Of a DNA stretch of 64,000 nt, positions 30,129 through 38,565 are shown one piece after another; the stretch's first letter is position 1, and every line of letters starts with the position of its first letter. This DNA is from Arcobacteraceae bacterium (GTDB lineage: Bacteria; Campylobacterota; Campylobacteria; Campylobacterales; Arcobacteraceae). Where the stretch lies: contig JBLWVX010000007.1 of assembly GCA_048268245.1 (NCBI GenBank), positions 32,319-96,318 of the forward strand. Reading direction: 5' to 3'. The translations under genes were made by a program, and so were the position numbers. The notes under the pieces were generated by a model, which worked only from the letters and a program-made list of their open reading frames with translations, was not told the origin of the DNA and ran no database searches.

Positions 30129-30815
30129 TTAAAATATTTTTGTTAGACTAGAGAAAGGAATTGAAGTTAGCTGATCTGAATATACAGGTGTTGTAGCCCC
30201 TGTTAACTCATACTTATGATCTGCTATTTCTTCATTATTTTCATCAAGAATAACTAATTTACCATCTCTAACTAAAGGAAGTCCTGGTTCTTGTAATACT
30301 ATTTTATTACCTGTAACATTACCTTCACTATCTAAGATTTCACCTTTTACATTATAATTTACTAAAGTATCTGGTGTAGAATCATCGTCATCAGTAAGTT
30401 TTACTCTATCTTCGTAATATAAAATTTCTTGTGCTTTTACTTGAACTTCACCATCAGTTGTTTCAACAGATCTAACAGTATAAGCTTTATTTACGCCATT
30501 TTCACTAATATTACCATCTTCAACATTTTTTCCTATAATATTTGCAGCATTTGATAATGCAGTTTGGGCATAAGAATTCTGCAATGAAGCCATAGCTTTT
30601 ACCATTTCTTGATTTGTACTAATAGTTGACATTTGCATTTGAGAAGCCAACATTTGTTTTGAATCCATAGGTTTTGTAGGATCTTGAAGTTTTAATTCTT
30701 GAATCATTAATCTTAAAAAATCATCATTAGTTAATTCATCATTACTAATAGAAGAAGTGTATGAACTTCCATCAATACCTGTGTTTGTATTTACTTGAAC
30801 ATTATCAACAGCCAT
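30129..30815 (-). CDS. flgD: Hook-capping protein FlgD
   Basis: LTNDDFLRLMIQELKLQDPTKPMD...AANIIGK. Confidence 0.95.
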   Translation of the reverse strand: MAVDNVQVNTNTGIDGSSYTSSISNDELTNDDFLRLMIQELKLQDPTKPMDSKQMLASQMQMSTISTNQEMVKAMASLQNSYAQTALSNAANIIGKNVEDGNISENGVNKAYTVRSVETTDGEVQVKAQEILYYEDRVKLTDDDDSTPDTLVNYNVKGEILDSEGNVTGNKIVLQEPGLPLVRDGKLVILDENNEEIADHKYELTGATTPVYSDQLTSIPFSSLTKIF

Positions 30816-30825
30816 AATATAACTC

Positions 30826-31119
30826 CTATACTAAATTTTCATCAAAGAAATATCTAACAACATTGTCTGAATCCATTGCATCTTGAACTCTTACAGCTAA
30901 TTTATCATCAATTACAATAATATCGCCTGTACCAATAATTCTTTGATTTACATATATATCTCCACCAGCACCTGCTGGCTTATCCAATGAAATTATGTCT
31001 CCATCACCTAGTTTTAGAAACTCTGCAATTGTAATATCTGAGTTTCCTAGCATCACATCAACAGTAATTTCCGTATCAACTAATATATCATAATCTCTTT
31101 CACTTATTTCCATAACCAA
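30826..31119 (-). CDS. fliN: C-ring protein FliN (SpoA domain)
   Basis: DTEITVDVMLG...GDIISLDK...IGTGDIIVIDDKLAVRV. Confidence 0.88.
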   Translation of the reverse strand: MVMEISERDYDILVDTEITVDVMLGNSDITIAEFLKLGDGDIISLDKPAGAGGDIYVNQRIIGTGDIIVIDDKLAVRVQDAMDSDNVVRYFFDENLV

Positions 31120-31148
31120 ACTTTTATAAAAAATATTATTCTACATAC

Positions 31149-31157
31149 ATTATAACA
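31149..31157 (-). promoter_or_regulatory. Extended -10 sigma70 promoter (TGTTATAAT) upstream of fliN-flgD-flgE-flgE
   Basis: Plus strand attataaca at 31149-31157 in the 75-nt fliH-fliN gap. Confidence 0.7.
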
Positions 31158-31194
31158 TAAACTTTTAAGAAATAAAATAGCAACTTGTATTTAA

Positions 31195-31860
31195 CTAAAT
31201 AACAGTATCTAAGGTTTCTAACATTGAAGCAACTTTTGCTTCAATATTTCCATCAAAGTTACCTAAATCACTTGCAATTACAACTCCACCTGCAGCAACA
31301 TTAGGATCTTCTCTTAATTCTATATAAGGCTCAAGTGCTAATTGGTCTTTTAAAAGTTGATAATCTTTAGGATTCAAATGAATTTGAACTTTTGAAGCAG
31401 TTTTAATTTTATCTAGTAAATGAGAAATAGTTTGTTTAGCAATCTTTGCTGAATTCTCTCCAACTTCAATACTAATTATTTTTTGTGCAATTGAGATAGA
31501 AGTTTTTAAAAGTTTTGATTCCATTTGAAAAGTTGCTTGCTCAAAAAAAGCAGCATAATGTTTTAAATCTTTTATAGCTTGTACTACTTGTGCATCAATA
31601 TCTCTACCTTGAACCCCACCATTTTCAATACTATTAACTTTTTGTGAAATTTGACTAATTTGTGCTGCAAGATTCCTAACTTCACTTAAAACAGGATCTA
31701 TATGTCCATTTAATTCTCTAGTATCTAAAACAGCCTGAGTAGTAGGTGTCTCTTCTTGTATACTATTTGAACTATTAACAAAATTGCCTAATTCATACTT
31801 TTGTACTTCACCACTTCCATTTAAAACTTTTGCATTTGATCGAACATTATTACTTGCCAT
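31195..31860 (-). CDS. fliH: Flagellar assembly protein FliH
   Basis: IHLNPKD...DPNVAAGGVVIASDLGNFDG C-terminal domain; after fliG. Confidence 0.92.
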   Translation of the reverse strand: MASNNVRSNAKVLNGSGEVQKYELGNFVNSSNSIQEETPTTQAVLDTRELNGHIDPVLSEVRNLAAQISQISQKVNSIENGGVQGRDIDAQVVQAIKDLKHYAAFFEQATFQMESKLLKTSISIAQKIISIEVGENSAKIAKQTISHLLDKIKTASKVQIHLNPKDYQLLKDQLALEPYIELREDPNVAAGGVVIASDLGNFDGNIEAKVASMLETLDTVI

Positions 31861-32873
31861 TATTCATCCATTTCTCTATCAATTATTCCATCTTCAATCA
31901 TTTTTTGTGCAACATCAAGCATTTTTCTTTGTGCAGCTTCGATATCTTTAATCTTAACTTTATTAAGCATTTCAAACTCTTCTTTAAATCTATCCCTTGC
32001 TCTTTGAGACATAGCACCAGTTATTTTTTCCATATCTTCATCAGGAGCATTTTTCATAGCAACAGCAACATCTGCTGTATCAACATTTTGTAAAATCTTC
32101 ATAACATATTCAGTATCAAGATTTAATAAGTCTTCAAATACAAACATGTTTTCTTTGATCTTTGTAGCTAAAGAAGTATCCACACCATTAATATTTTTAA
32201 GGATATCTTGTGATTTTGGACCTAATCTATTTAACATATCTGCAACAACTTTAACACCACCAACATCAACAATAGAAGACAATAATGATTCTAACTTTTT
32301 CTCAAGTACTACAGAAATAGTTCTTACAACATCAGGTGAAACGTCTTTTATTGTTGCCATTTGCATAGTAACCTTAACTCTTACTTCTTCTTCTAATTGC
32401 ATTAAAACTTCAGCTGACTTTGGTGCATCCATATGAGATAAAATTACTGCAATTGTATGAGGAGATTCATCTTTAATAAAGTCAGATAACTGTTTTGGAT
32501 TAATAGCATCTAAATAAGAAAAAGATTGTGATGCTAATCTTAATCTTGATAACTTTGCTAATACTTCATCAGCTTCGCCCTTACCAAGTGATTTATATAA
32601 AATATCCCTTGCAAAATCATAACCACCAGAACTAATAAAACCTTTTGTTCTCGTATATAAATGAAACTCTTCTAAAATAGCTAAAGATGTTTCTTTATCT
32701 ATAGAGTTTATTTGAGTAATCGAAGTTGAAATATCTTCAACTATCTCTTTTGGTAAGTGTTGAAAAATTTTTACAGTTGCTTCTTCTCCTATTAAAACAA
32801 AGAATCTTGCAACTTTGTCTTTCATGGACATTCCTTTTAGAACTTCATGTAAACTTTCACTCTTTTCTGACAT
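31860..32873 (-). CDS. fliG: Rotor protein FliG
   Basis: GGYDFAR, ESPHTIAVILS, GGVKVVADMLN, MFVFEDL and MSQRA motifs. Confidence 0.97.
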   Translation of the reverse strand: MSEKSESLHEVLKGMSMKDKVARFFVLIGEEATVKIFQHLPKEIVEDISTSITQINSIDKETSLAILEEFHLYTRTKGFISSGGYDFARDILYKSLGKGEADEVLAKLSRLRLASQSFSYLDAINPKQLSDFIKDESPHTIAVILSHMDAPKSAEVLMQLEEEVRVKVTMQMATIKDVSPDVVRTISVVLEKKLESLLSSIVDVGGVKVVADMLNRLGPKSQDILKNINGVDTSLATKIKENMFVFEDLLNLDTEYVMKILQNVDTADVAVAMKNAPDEDMEKITGAMSQRARDRFKEEFEMLNKVKIKDIEAAQRKMLDVAQKMIEDGIIDREMDE

Positions 32874-34612
32874 TATTTCTTACCTTTTAAATTTGCATCA
32901 CCCTCTGATAATAAAAGTTCAATCATTGAAGCCATTTCAGCTGGATTATTATTTACTTCTTTATCTAATTCTTCAACTAAAACTTCATACTTCGCAGCTG
33001 ATTCTTCATCTAAGCCCTCAATATTATTTAGAATTTGACTCTTGATTTTATTTTTTAATCTACCTTTTGCTGATTCTCTGTCAAATTGATCACCATAATC
33101 TCCTAACATATCATCAACAAGATTTTCATCATCTACTTCATCTTTCTTCTTTGCAGTTCCATCACCTAATATAACAACTTCATGATTTACTATAAACTTT
33201 TTGTAGAAAACAAATAGTAAAACTGCTGCAATTAAATATTGAATATATTCACTGAACTCTTTAAGTATAGTCTTAACCATTGCAAGAGTATCTAATGAAG
33301 AAGCTACTGAACTTCCACCTTCAATTGGGTTACCATTTTCATCAAGCTGTGCACCATTTACTGAAAGTGGCTTAACTCCAATGAATTTAAAGTCTCTTAC
33401 AGTTACCTTATCTCCCCTTTTACTATCATAGCCTACTGTATCTTGAACAATTGATTCAATTGATGCCAAAAACTCTTCTTTGTTCTCAACATCATTTAAT
33501 ACAGTTGAATCAAATGTAACTCCTGCTGTAATTCTGTTAATTCTTGAATAGTTATTATCTTTTTGTTTTATTATCTTTTTCGAAATTTCATAGTTTGTTA
33601 CAGTATTAGTTCCTTCACTATTTGATTGTGAATTCCCATTACCAGCAGCACCACCTGGAGTTTGTATATTATTATCAACCCCAGCAGTTCCTCCTGTACT
33701 ACCTGTTGTTCCTTGAGAAGAAGATATATTTTCTATAACCTGTTGAGATCTAATAGTTCCTTCTGGATCATAAATCTCTTCTTGAATATCTTGCATAATA
33801 AAATCAAGTGAAACTGAAACTTTTGCTACAACTCTTCCTGGACCAACAAAAGGTTCTAGTAATTCAACTATCTTCTTTTCATAATCATCTTCAATTTTCT
33901 TTTTATATTTTGACTGAGAATATGATTTTTGTGTTGCCATATCATCTTTTGATTTTTGAAGTAAACTTCCATCTTGATCAATTAATTTAATATTCTCATG
34001 AGTTAAATCAGGAACTGCAGAGGCAATAAAGTTTTTGATACCATCAATTTGTTTTTGCGTTAAAAAAACACCTGGCTTTAAAGATAATACAGCAGAAGCA
34101 GTAGGAAGAGTTTTTCTCTCAGTAAATATTGTATCTTTAGGAATAGCTATTTTCACACTTGCTCTTAAAACACCTGTTAAAGACTCCAAAGATCTTGAAA
34201 GTTCCCCCTCTAAAGCTCTTAGATATTTAACTTTATTCTCAAAATTAGTAGTCCCCAATGATGATTTTTCAAAAATTTCCCATCCAACATGTTTACTAGT
34301 TGAAGCTTCACTTGTTACAAGTTTGATTTTTGCAATATTAATAAACTCTTTTGAAGTTTTCAAAGTAAGATTATTACCAGAACCAATTACACTAAAAGCA
34401 ATACCAGAGGCTTCAAGTTCATCACTTGCTAACATTACTTGTGATTTTGTTAAATTTGAAGCAATTGTATAGTTTAGTTTTTTGTCTTCTGCTTTTATAT
34501 TTGAATAAACTAATAGACCAATCAATAATATAAATAAAAGAGAAAATCCCCCAATTATAACTGCTCTTTGAGCAGCATTTAAATTATTTATAAATTTTAG
34601 AAGTTGATCCAT
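32873..34612 (-). CDS. fliF: MS-ring protein FliF
   Basis: Two TM helices; GWEIFE, RALEGELSRSL, PTASAVL and TNYEISK motifs. Confidence 0.96.
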   Translation of the reverse strand: MDQLLKFINNLNAAQRAVIIGGFSLLFILLIGLLVYSNIKAEDKKLNYTIASNLTKSQVMLASDELEASGIAFSVIGSGNNLTLKTSKEFINIAKIKLVTSEASTSKHVGWEIFEKSSLGTTNFENKVKYLRALEGELSRSLESLTGVLRASVKIAIPKDTIFTERKTLPTASAVLSLKPGVFLTQKQIDGIKNFIASAVPDLTHENIKLIDQDGSLLQKSKDDMATQKSYSQSKYKKKIEDDYEKKIVELLEPFVGPGRVVAKVSVSLDFIMQDIQEEIYDPEGTIRSQQVIENISSSQGTTGSTGGTAGVDNNIQTPGGAAGNGNSQSNSEGTNTVTNYEISKKIIKQKDNNYSRINRITAGVTFDSTVLNDVENKEEFLASIESIVQDTVGYDSKRGDKVTVRDFKFIGVKPLSVNGAQLDENGNPIEGGSSVASSLDTLAMVKTILKEFSEYIQYLIAAVLLFVFYKKFIVNHEVVILGDGTAKKKDEVDDENLVDDMLGDYGDQFDRESAKGRLKNKIKSQILNNIEGLDEESAAKYEVLVEELDKEVNNNPAEMASMIELLLSEGDANLKGKK

Positions 34613-34628
34613 ATATTATTTATCCTGA

Positions 34629-35036
34629 TTAATTTTTAGCTGATGATTCTATAACTGATCTAAATAGTCTTGAATCTTTTTTAATTGCTGCTTGCAATGC
34701 ATCAAAAATTACTTTATTTTTTGACATTTCACTCATTTGTGTATCTAAGTTTACATTATTCCCATCATTTTGTTCTTCTAAACCTTTTACTTTAACTAAT
34801 CTTGGATTAGGAATATTAGAATTATGATTTATGTTTGGCAAGTGTTTGCCACTTGTTTGAGCTAAAGCTAATCTTGGCTCTTTTTTCTGATTTGATAGTT
34901 CATCTTCAAAAACTAATTCTTTAGTCTTATAATTTGGTGTATTTATATTAGCAATATTACTCGATATTACTTTTTGTCTTTCACCTCTAAAGTTTAAATG
35001 TGCAAAGAGTGTGTTTGTTACGCTACTTGCTTCCAT
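34629..35036 (-). CDS. flgB: Rod protein FlgB
   Basis: RQKVISSNIANINTPNYK; DGNNVNLDTQM. Confidence 0.96.
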   Translation of the reverse strand: MEASSVTNTLFAHLNFRGERQKVISSNIANINTPNYKTKELVFEDELSNQKKEPRLALAQTSGKHLPNINHNSNIPNPRLVKVKGLEEQNDGNNVNLDTQMSEMSKNKVIFDALQAAIKKDSRLFRSVIESSAKN

Positions 35037-35755
35037 TATCTAGTATTGTTCCCTATTTTATCAATTAATTTAGAATTTATTTCATCTATACTTGAAACTG
35101 CCTTTTGAGATTGTTCAAATCTTCTATGTGCATCAATTAATTCAACCATTGCAGTAACTGAATTAACATTTGATTTTTCAATAGCACCTTGTTCTAACAA
35201 ACCATCTGTATTTTCAAATAATAGAACTTCATTTTCATCTTTTAGTTTATAAGTATTATTCCCGATTTTTTGAAGGTTTGAGTAAGGAGTTTGAGCAACA
35301 CCAATATTATTTTTAAAACCTTCCTCTACAAGTACAGGTTCATTATCAGCATTAAGTACATTATTTCCATTAGAATCAACTAAAAACCCATCAAAACTTT
35401 TAAATGCACCATCTCTGCTATAAACTATGTCTCCGTTTTGATTTTGTATCTTAAAAAAAGTATCTGGTTGAGTTAATGCAAAATCCAAATTATTCCCTGT
35501 AGGAGCTATTGGTCCCATTTCACCATTTATAAACTTTGCATCGATTTTTGGAATATTATTTGTAACTTCATTTATTTTTGTTGGAATAAACCCTTCATCT
35601 TTTGCTCTTTGAAGATAATAATTAAAAGTAGTTTCTGTTGTTCCTTCTTGTTTAAATCCATTAGTATTAACATTTGCTAAGTTATTACTTATTTGGTCTA
35701 ATCTATTTATTTGATTGACCATTGATGCTGCAAGAGGGTATGTTCCTTGATTCAT
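35036..35755 (-). CDS. flgF: Proximal rod protein FlgF
   Basis: ISNNLANVNTNGFK, YSRDGAF, IEKSNVNSVTAMVELI; 239 aa. Confidence 0.85.
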   Translation of the reverse strand: MNQGTYPLAASMVNQINRLDQISNNLANVNTNGFKQEGTTETTFNYYLQRAKDEGFIPTKINEVTNNIPKIDAKFINGEMGPIAPTGNNLDFALTQPDTFFKIQNQNGDIVYSRDGAFKSFDGFLVDSNGNNVLNADNEPVLVEEGFKNNIGVAQTPYSNLQKIGNNTYKLKDENEVLLFENTDGLLEQGAIEKSNVNSVTAMVELIDAHRRFEQSQKAVSSIDEINSKLIDKIGNNTR

Positions 35756-35764
35756 AAAATATCC

Positions 35765-36793
35765 TTACTTTCCAAACTCTTCAATTAGTTTATCTAAATC
35801 TTCACCTATCAAAACTTCACCTTCATCTCCATGAATATGTTTTGCAACTGCAATTTCTTGTTCAGTATAATCATCTTCAAATAAATTGTTAAGATATAAT
35901 GAAAGTTTTCTAATAACTGACATAACTCTTTCAATTTTTTGTCTGTTAATATCATTAAACTGCATAAGTTCCATTGCTTCAAAAATTTTCATATCTTCTG
36001 CATTTATTATAGTTTTCATGTCTTCTAAGCTCTTATTTACTTCTTCAACTTTTTGAAGATGATGTTTAAAAACTTCAATATTTGGAAATTTTGCATTTAA
36101 TGATTTTAATAACTTATCTTGAGAAACTAAAAACCCTTCTATATCTGAAACTTTTGTTCTAAATTCATTATTATTATCTAAAGCAAGACTTAACACATCA
36201 AAAATTTGAGAAACTTTTTCTTCTGAATCATTTGCTACTTGATTTAATTGATTTACAACTTTTGTATCTTTCTCAGCAGGCAAGGGAATTACACCTTCAT
36301 TTATTTTAGTGTCAGTCCAATCTTGTACAATTTTTTCAGGGCTTACTTCCTCTTTTTTAGGCTCAGGATTAGGTCTTGTATCCACAGTAGGTGTATATTC
36401 AGTAATCCCATCTATTTGAGATAATAAATCATCAATGTCATCAGATGAAGCCTGTTCACTAGAAGTATTCATTTCTAAATCATTTAGAATATCATCTGTT
36501 TTCACTTCATCATTTATTTCAAAATCTTTTAATAAAGCATCAATATCATCATTATCAACAGTTTCATTAGAAGTTTCAATATCTTTTGTTTCTTCAACAT
36601 CATTTATTTCAGAAACTGATCTTTCTTCTTGAACTGGTTCAATTTTTTCTTCATTTTGTGTCTGAGAGATTAATTCATCAATTTCACTTGTATCTACAGT
36701 TTCAGATGCTTTATCTGATGATTCAGATGACTCATCATCAGAAATATCAAGTCCATTCATTAATGCTTCAATTTCTTCTTGGCTCATACTCAT
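35765..36793 (-). CDS. cheZ: Campylobacterota-type CheZ phosphatase
   Basis: Catalytic MQFNDINRQKIERV (DxxxQ); N-terminal MSQEEIEALM; C-terminal DLDKLIEEFG peptide; follows cheY. Confidence 0.85.
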   Translation of the reverse strand: MSMSQEEIEALMNGLDISDDESSESSDKASETVDTSEIDELISQTQNEEKIEPVQEERSVSEINDVEETKDIETSNETVDNDDIDALLKDFEINDEVKTDDILNDLEMNTSSEQASSDDIDDLLSQIDGITEYTPTVDTRPNPEPKKEEVSPEKIVQDWTDTKINEGVIPLPAEKDTKVVNQLNQVANDSEEKVSQIFDVLSLALDNNNEFRTKVSDIEGFLVSQDKLLKSLNAKFPNIEVFKHHLQKVEEVNKSLEDMKTIINAEDMKIFEAMELMQFNDINRQKIERVMSVIRKLSLYLNNLFEDDYTEQEIAVAKHIHGDEGEVLIGEDLDKLIEEFGK

Positions 36794-36810
36794 AATAACG
36801 CCTTATTAAC

Positions 36811-37185
36811 TTATTTTTTTAATACCCCATCAAGCTTCTCTTTTAAAACTTCTGCATTGAATGGTTTTACAATATAATTATTTACCCCAGCTTTTAAAGC
36901 TGTAATAACTTCACCTTTTCCACCTTCAGTTGTAATCATGATAATAGGAGTCTTTTGATGAGCACCCTCTGCTCTTACTTTTTTAACTAAATCTAAACCA
37001 TTCATATTAGGCATATTCCAATCAGTTAAAATAACATCGTAGTTAGACTCGCCTAATAATTTCCAAGCTTTAACACCATCTTCAGCCTCATCAAAATCAT
37101 CTTTTGCATAACCTAACTGCATTACAACATTACCAATAATTCTCCTCATAGTAGAACTATCATCAACTATTAGAATTCTCATCAT
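36811..37185 (-). CDS. cheY: Chemotaxis response regulator CheY
   Basis: VDDSSTMRRII, TDWNMP, ITTEGGK and NYIVKPF motifs. Confidence 0.95.
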   Translation of the reverse strand: MMRILIVDDSSTMRRIIGNVVMQLGYAKDDFDEAEDGVKAWKLLGESNYDVILTDWNMPNMNGLDLVKKVRAEGAHQKTPIIMITTEGGKGEVITALKAGVNNYIVKPFNAEVLKEKLDGVLKK

Positions 37186-37223
37186 ACAACCCTTTAATCT
37201 TTATTAATATTCAATTATTGATT

Positions 37224-37229
37224 ATTATA
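37224..37229 (-). promoter_or_regulatory. Putative -10 (TATAAT) for the cheY-led flagellar run
   Basis: TATAAT on the minus strand about 40 nt upstream of cheY, with TTAAGT further upstream. The region is very AT-rich, so specificity is limited. Confidence 0.45.
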
Positions 37230-37309
37230 TATAATTTGTTTTAAATATCCACTTAATCTAAACTGATTAATAACTATATAGATTTATCTTTTTTTAATTG
37301 TTCTTAAAA

Positions 37310-37315
37310 TATAAT
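37310..37315 (+). promoter_or_regulatory. Putative -10 (TATAAT) for the flgG operon
   Basis: TATAAT at 37310 (second copy at 37320); AAGG SD before the ATG at 37348. Confidence 0.45.
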
Positions 37316-37347
37316 AACTTATAATCTAAAACTCTAAAGGAAATTCG

Positions 37348-38136
37348 ATGATAAGAGGACTTTACACTGCTGCAACAGGTATGAATTCTATGCAACATCA
37401 AATTGATGTTACATCAAACAATATTGCAAACGTAAACTCAACAGGCTTTAAACAAGACAGAGCTGAATTTCAAGACTTAATTTATGAAACTTTAAACTAT
37501 ACAGCAGGTCAAACCTCACAAACAACTCTTAATCCAACAGGAATAGATGTTGGTTTAGGTGTAAGAATTTCTGGTGTTCAAAAAAACTTTACAGAAGGTG
37601 ACTTAAAACTCACTTCAAACCCTTTAGACATTGCTATTGAGGGAAAAGGGTTTTTTCAAATTACTCTTCCAAGTGGTGAAACTGCCTATACAAGAAATGG
37701 TACATTTAAACTTAATGCAGAAGGAACAATTGTAAATGGAAATGGGTATCCACTTTCACCACAAATAGTGGTACCTGATAATGTAACAAAATTAACTGTT
37801 GGTAAAGATGGAACCATTACAGCTACAAATCCTCAAACAGAAGAGATTGTAAATTTAGGACAAATAGAAATTGCTGATTTTATTAACCCAGCAGGTTTAG
37901 CTCCCATGGGTGAGTCTTTATTTAAAGAAACAGAAGCTTCTGGTGCTGTTTTTACAGGTAATCCAACTACAGAGCAGTTTGGTAATACAAGGCAAGGTAT
38001 GATTGAGTTATCAAACGTTAAACTTGTTAATGAAATGGTAGATTTGATTACAGCACAAAGAGCATATGAAGCTAACTCTAAAGCAATTACAACTACTGAT
38101 GGTATGCTTGATACAGTTAATAGGTTAAAAAGATAG
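37348..38136 (+). CDS. flgG: Distal rod protein FlgG
   Basis: 262 aa; NNIANVN, FQDLIYE, YTRNGTF, LSNVKLVNEMVDLITAQRAYEANSK. Confidence 0.97.
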   Translation: MIRGLYTAATGMNSMQHQIDVTSNNIANVNSTGFKQDRAEFQDLIYETLNYTAGQTSQTTLNPTGIDVGLGVRISGVQKNFTEGDLKLTSNPLDIAIEGKGFFQITLPSGETAYTRNGTFKLNAEGTIVNGNGYPLSPQIVVPDNVTKLTVGKDGTITATNPQTEEIVNLGQIEIADFINPAGLAPMGESLFKETEASGAVFTGNPTTEQFGNTRQGMIELSNVKLVNEMVDLITAQRAYEANSKAITTTDGMLDTVNRLKR

Positions 38137-38151
38137 GTAACTAAATAAGAT

Positions 38152-38565
38152 ATGAATTTAAATGAATTAAAAAAACTTCGAGAAGAAAAATTTTTAGCTC
38201 ATAAAAGGAAAAAGAGAGAGTACTATTTAAAAAATAAAGCAAAGAAAAAAAGAGAAGTTATTGATTATGAAAATGAATTAAATGATTTAAACTTTGTAAA
38301 TAAAATTAAAGAAATTGCTAAGGTACAAAAAGCACATGTTGATGATAGAAAAGAGTTGATTGTAGCAAAAATCAATGAATATAAAAACAAGAAAAAAGAG
38401 TACTACGAAGAAAATAAAGAAAAAAGATTAGAGTACGATAAAGAGTATAGAGAAAAGAAAAAAGAAGAGTTAAGAGAGTATAGACGTCAATATTATCAAA
38501 AAAATAAAGAGAAAATATTAGCAAGACAAAAAGAAAAAAGAAAATATTCCAAAAAGAGTGACTAA
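38152..38565 (+). CDS. Highly charged K/E/R/Y-rich hypothetical protein
   Basis: 137 aa with repeated (E/Q)YYxxNK motifs; its stop overlaps the next start (TAATG). Confidence 0.7.
   Translation: MNLNELKKLREEKFLAHKRKKREYYLKNKAKKKREVIDYENELNDLNFVNKIKEIAKVQKAHVDDRKELIVAKINEYKNKKKEYYEENKEKRLEYDKEYREKKKEELREYRRQYYQKNKEKILARQKEKRKYSKKSD

Noticed and set aside
5912..38136. Absence of fliM, fliP, fliQ, flgH, flgI, flgK, fliD, fliS and flagellin
   Set aside because: They are probably encoded elsewhere; absence from one window is not evidence of loss.
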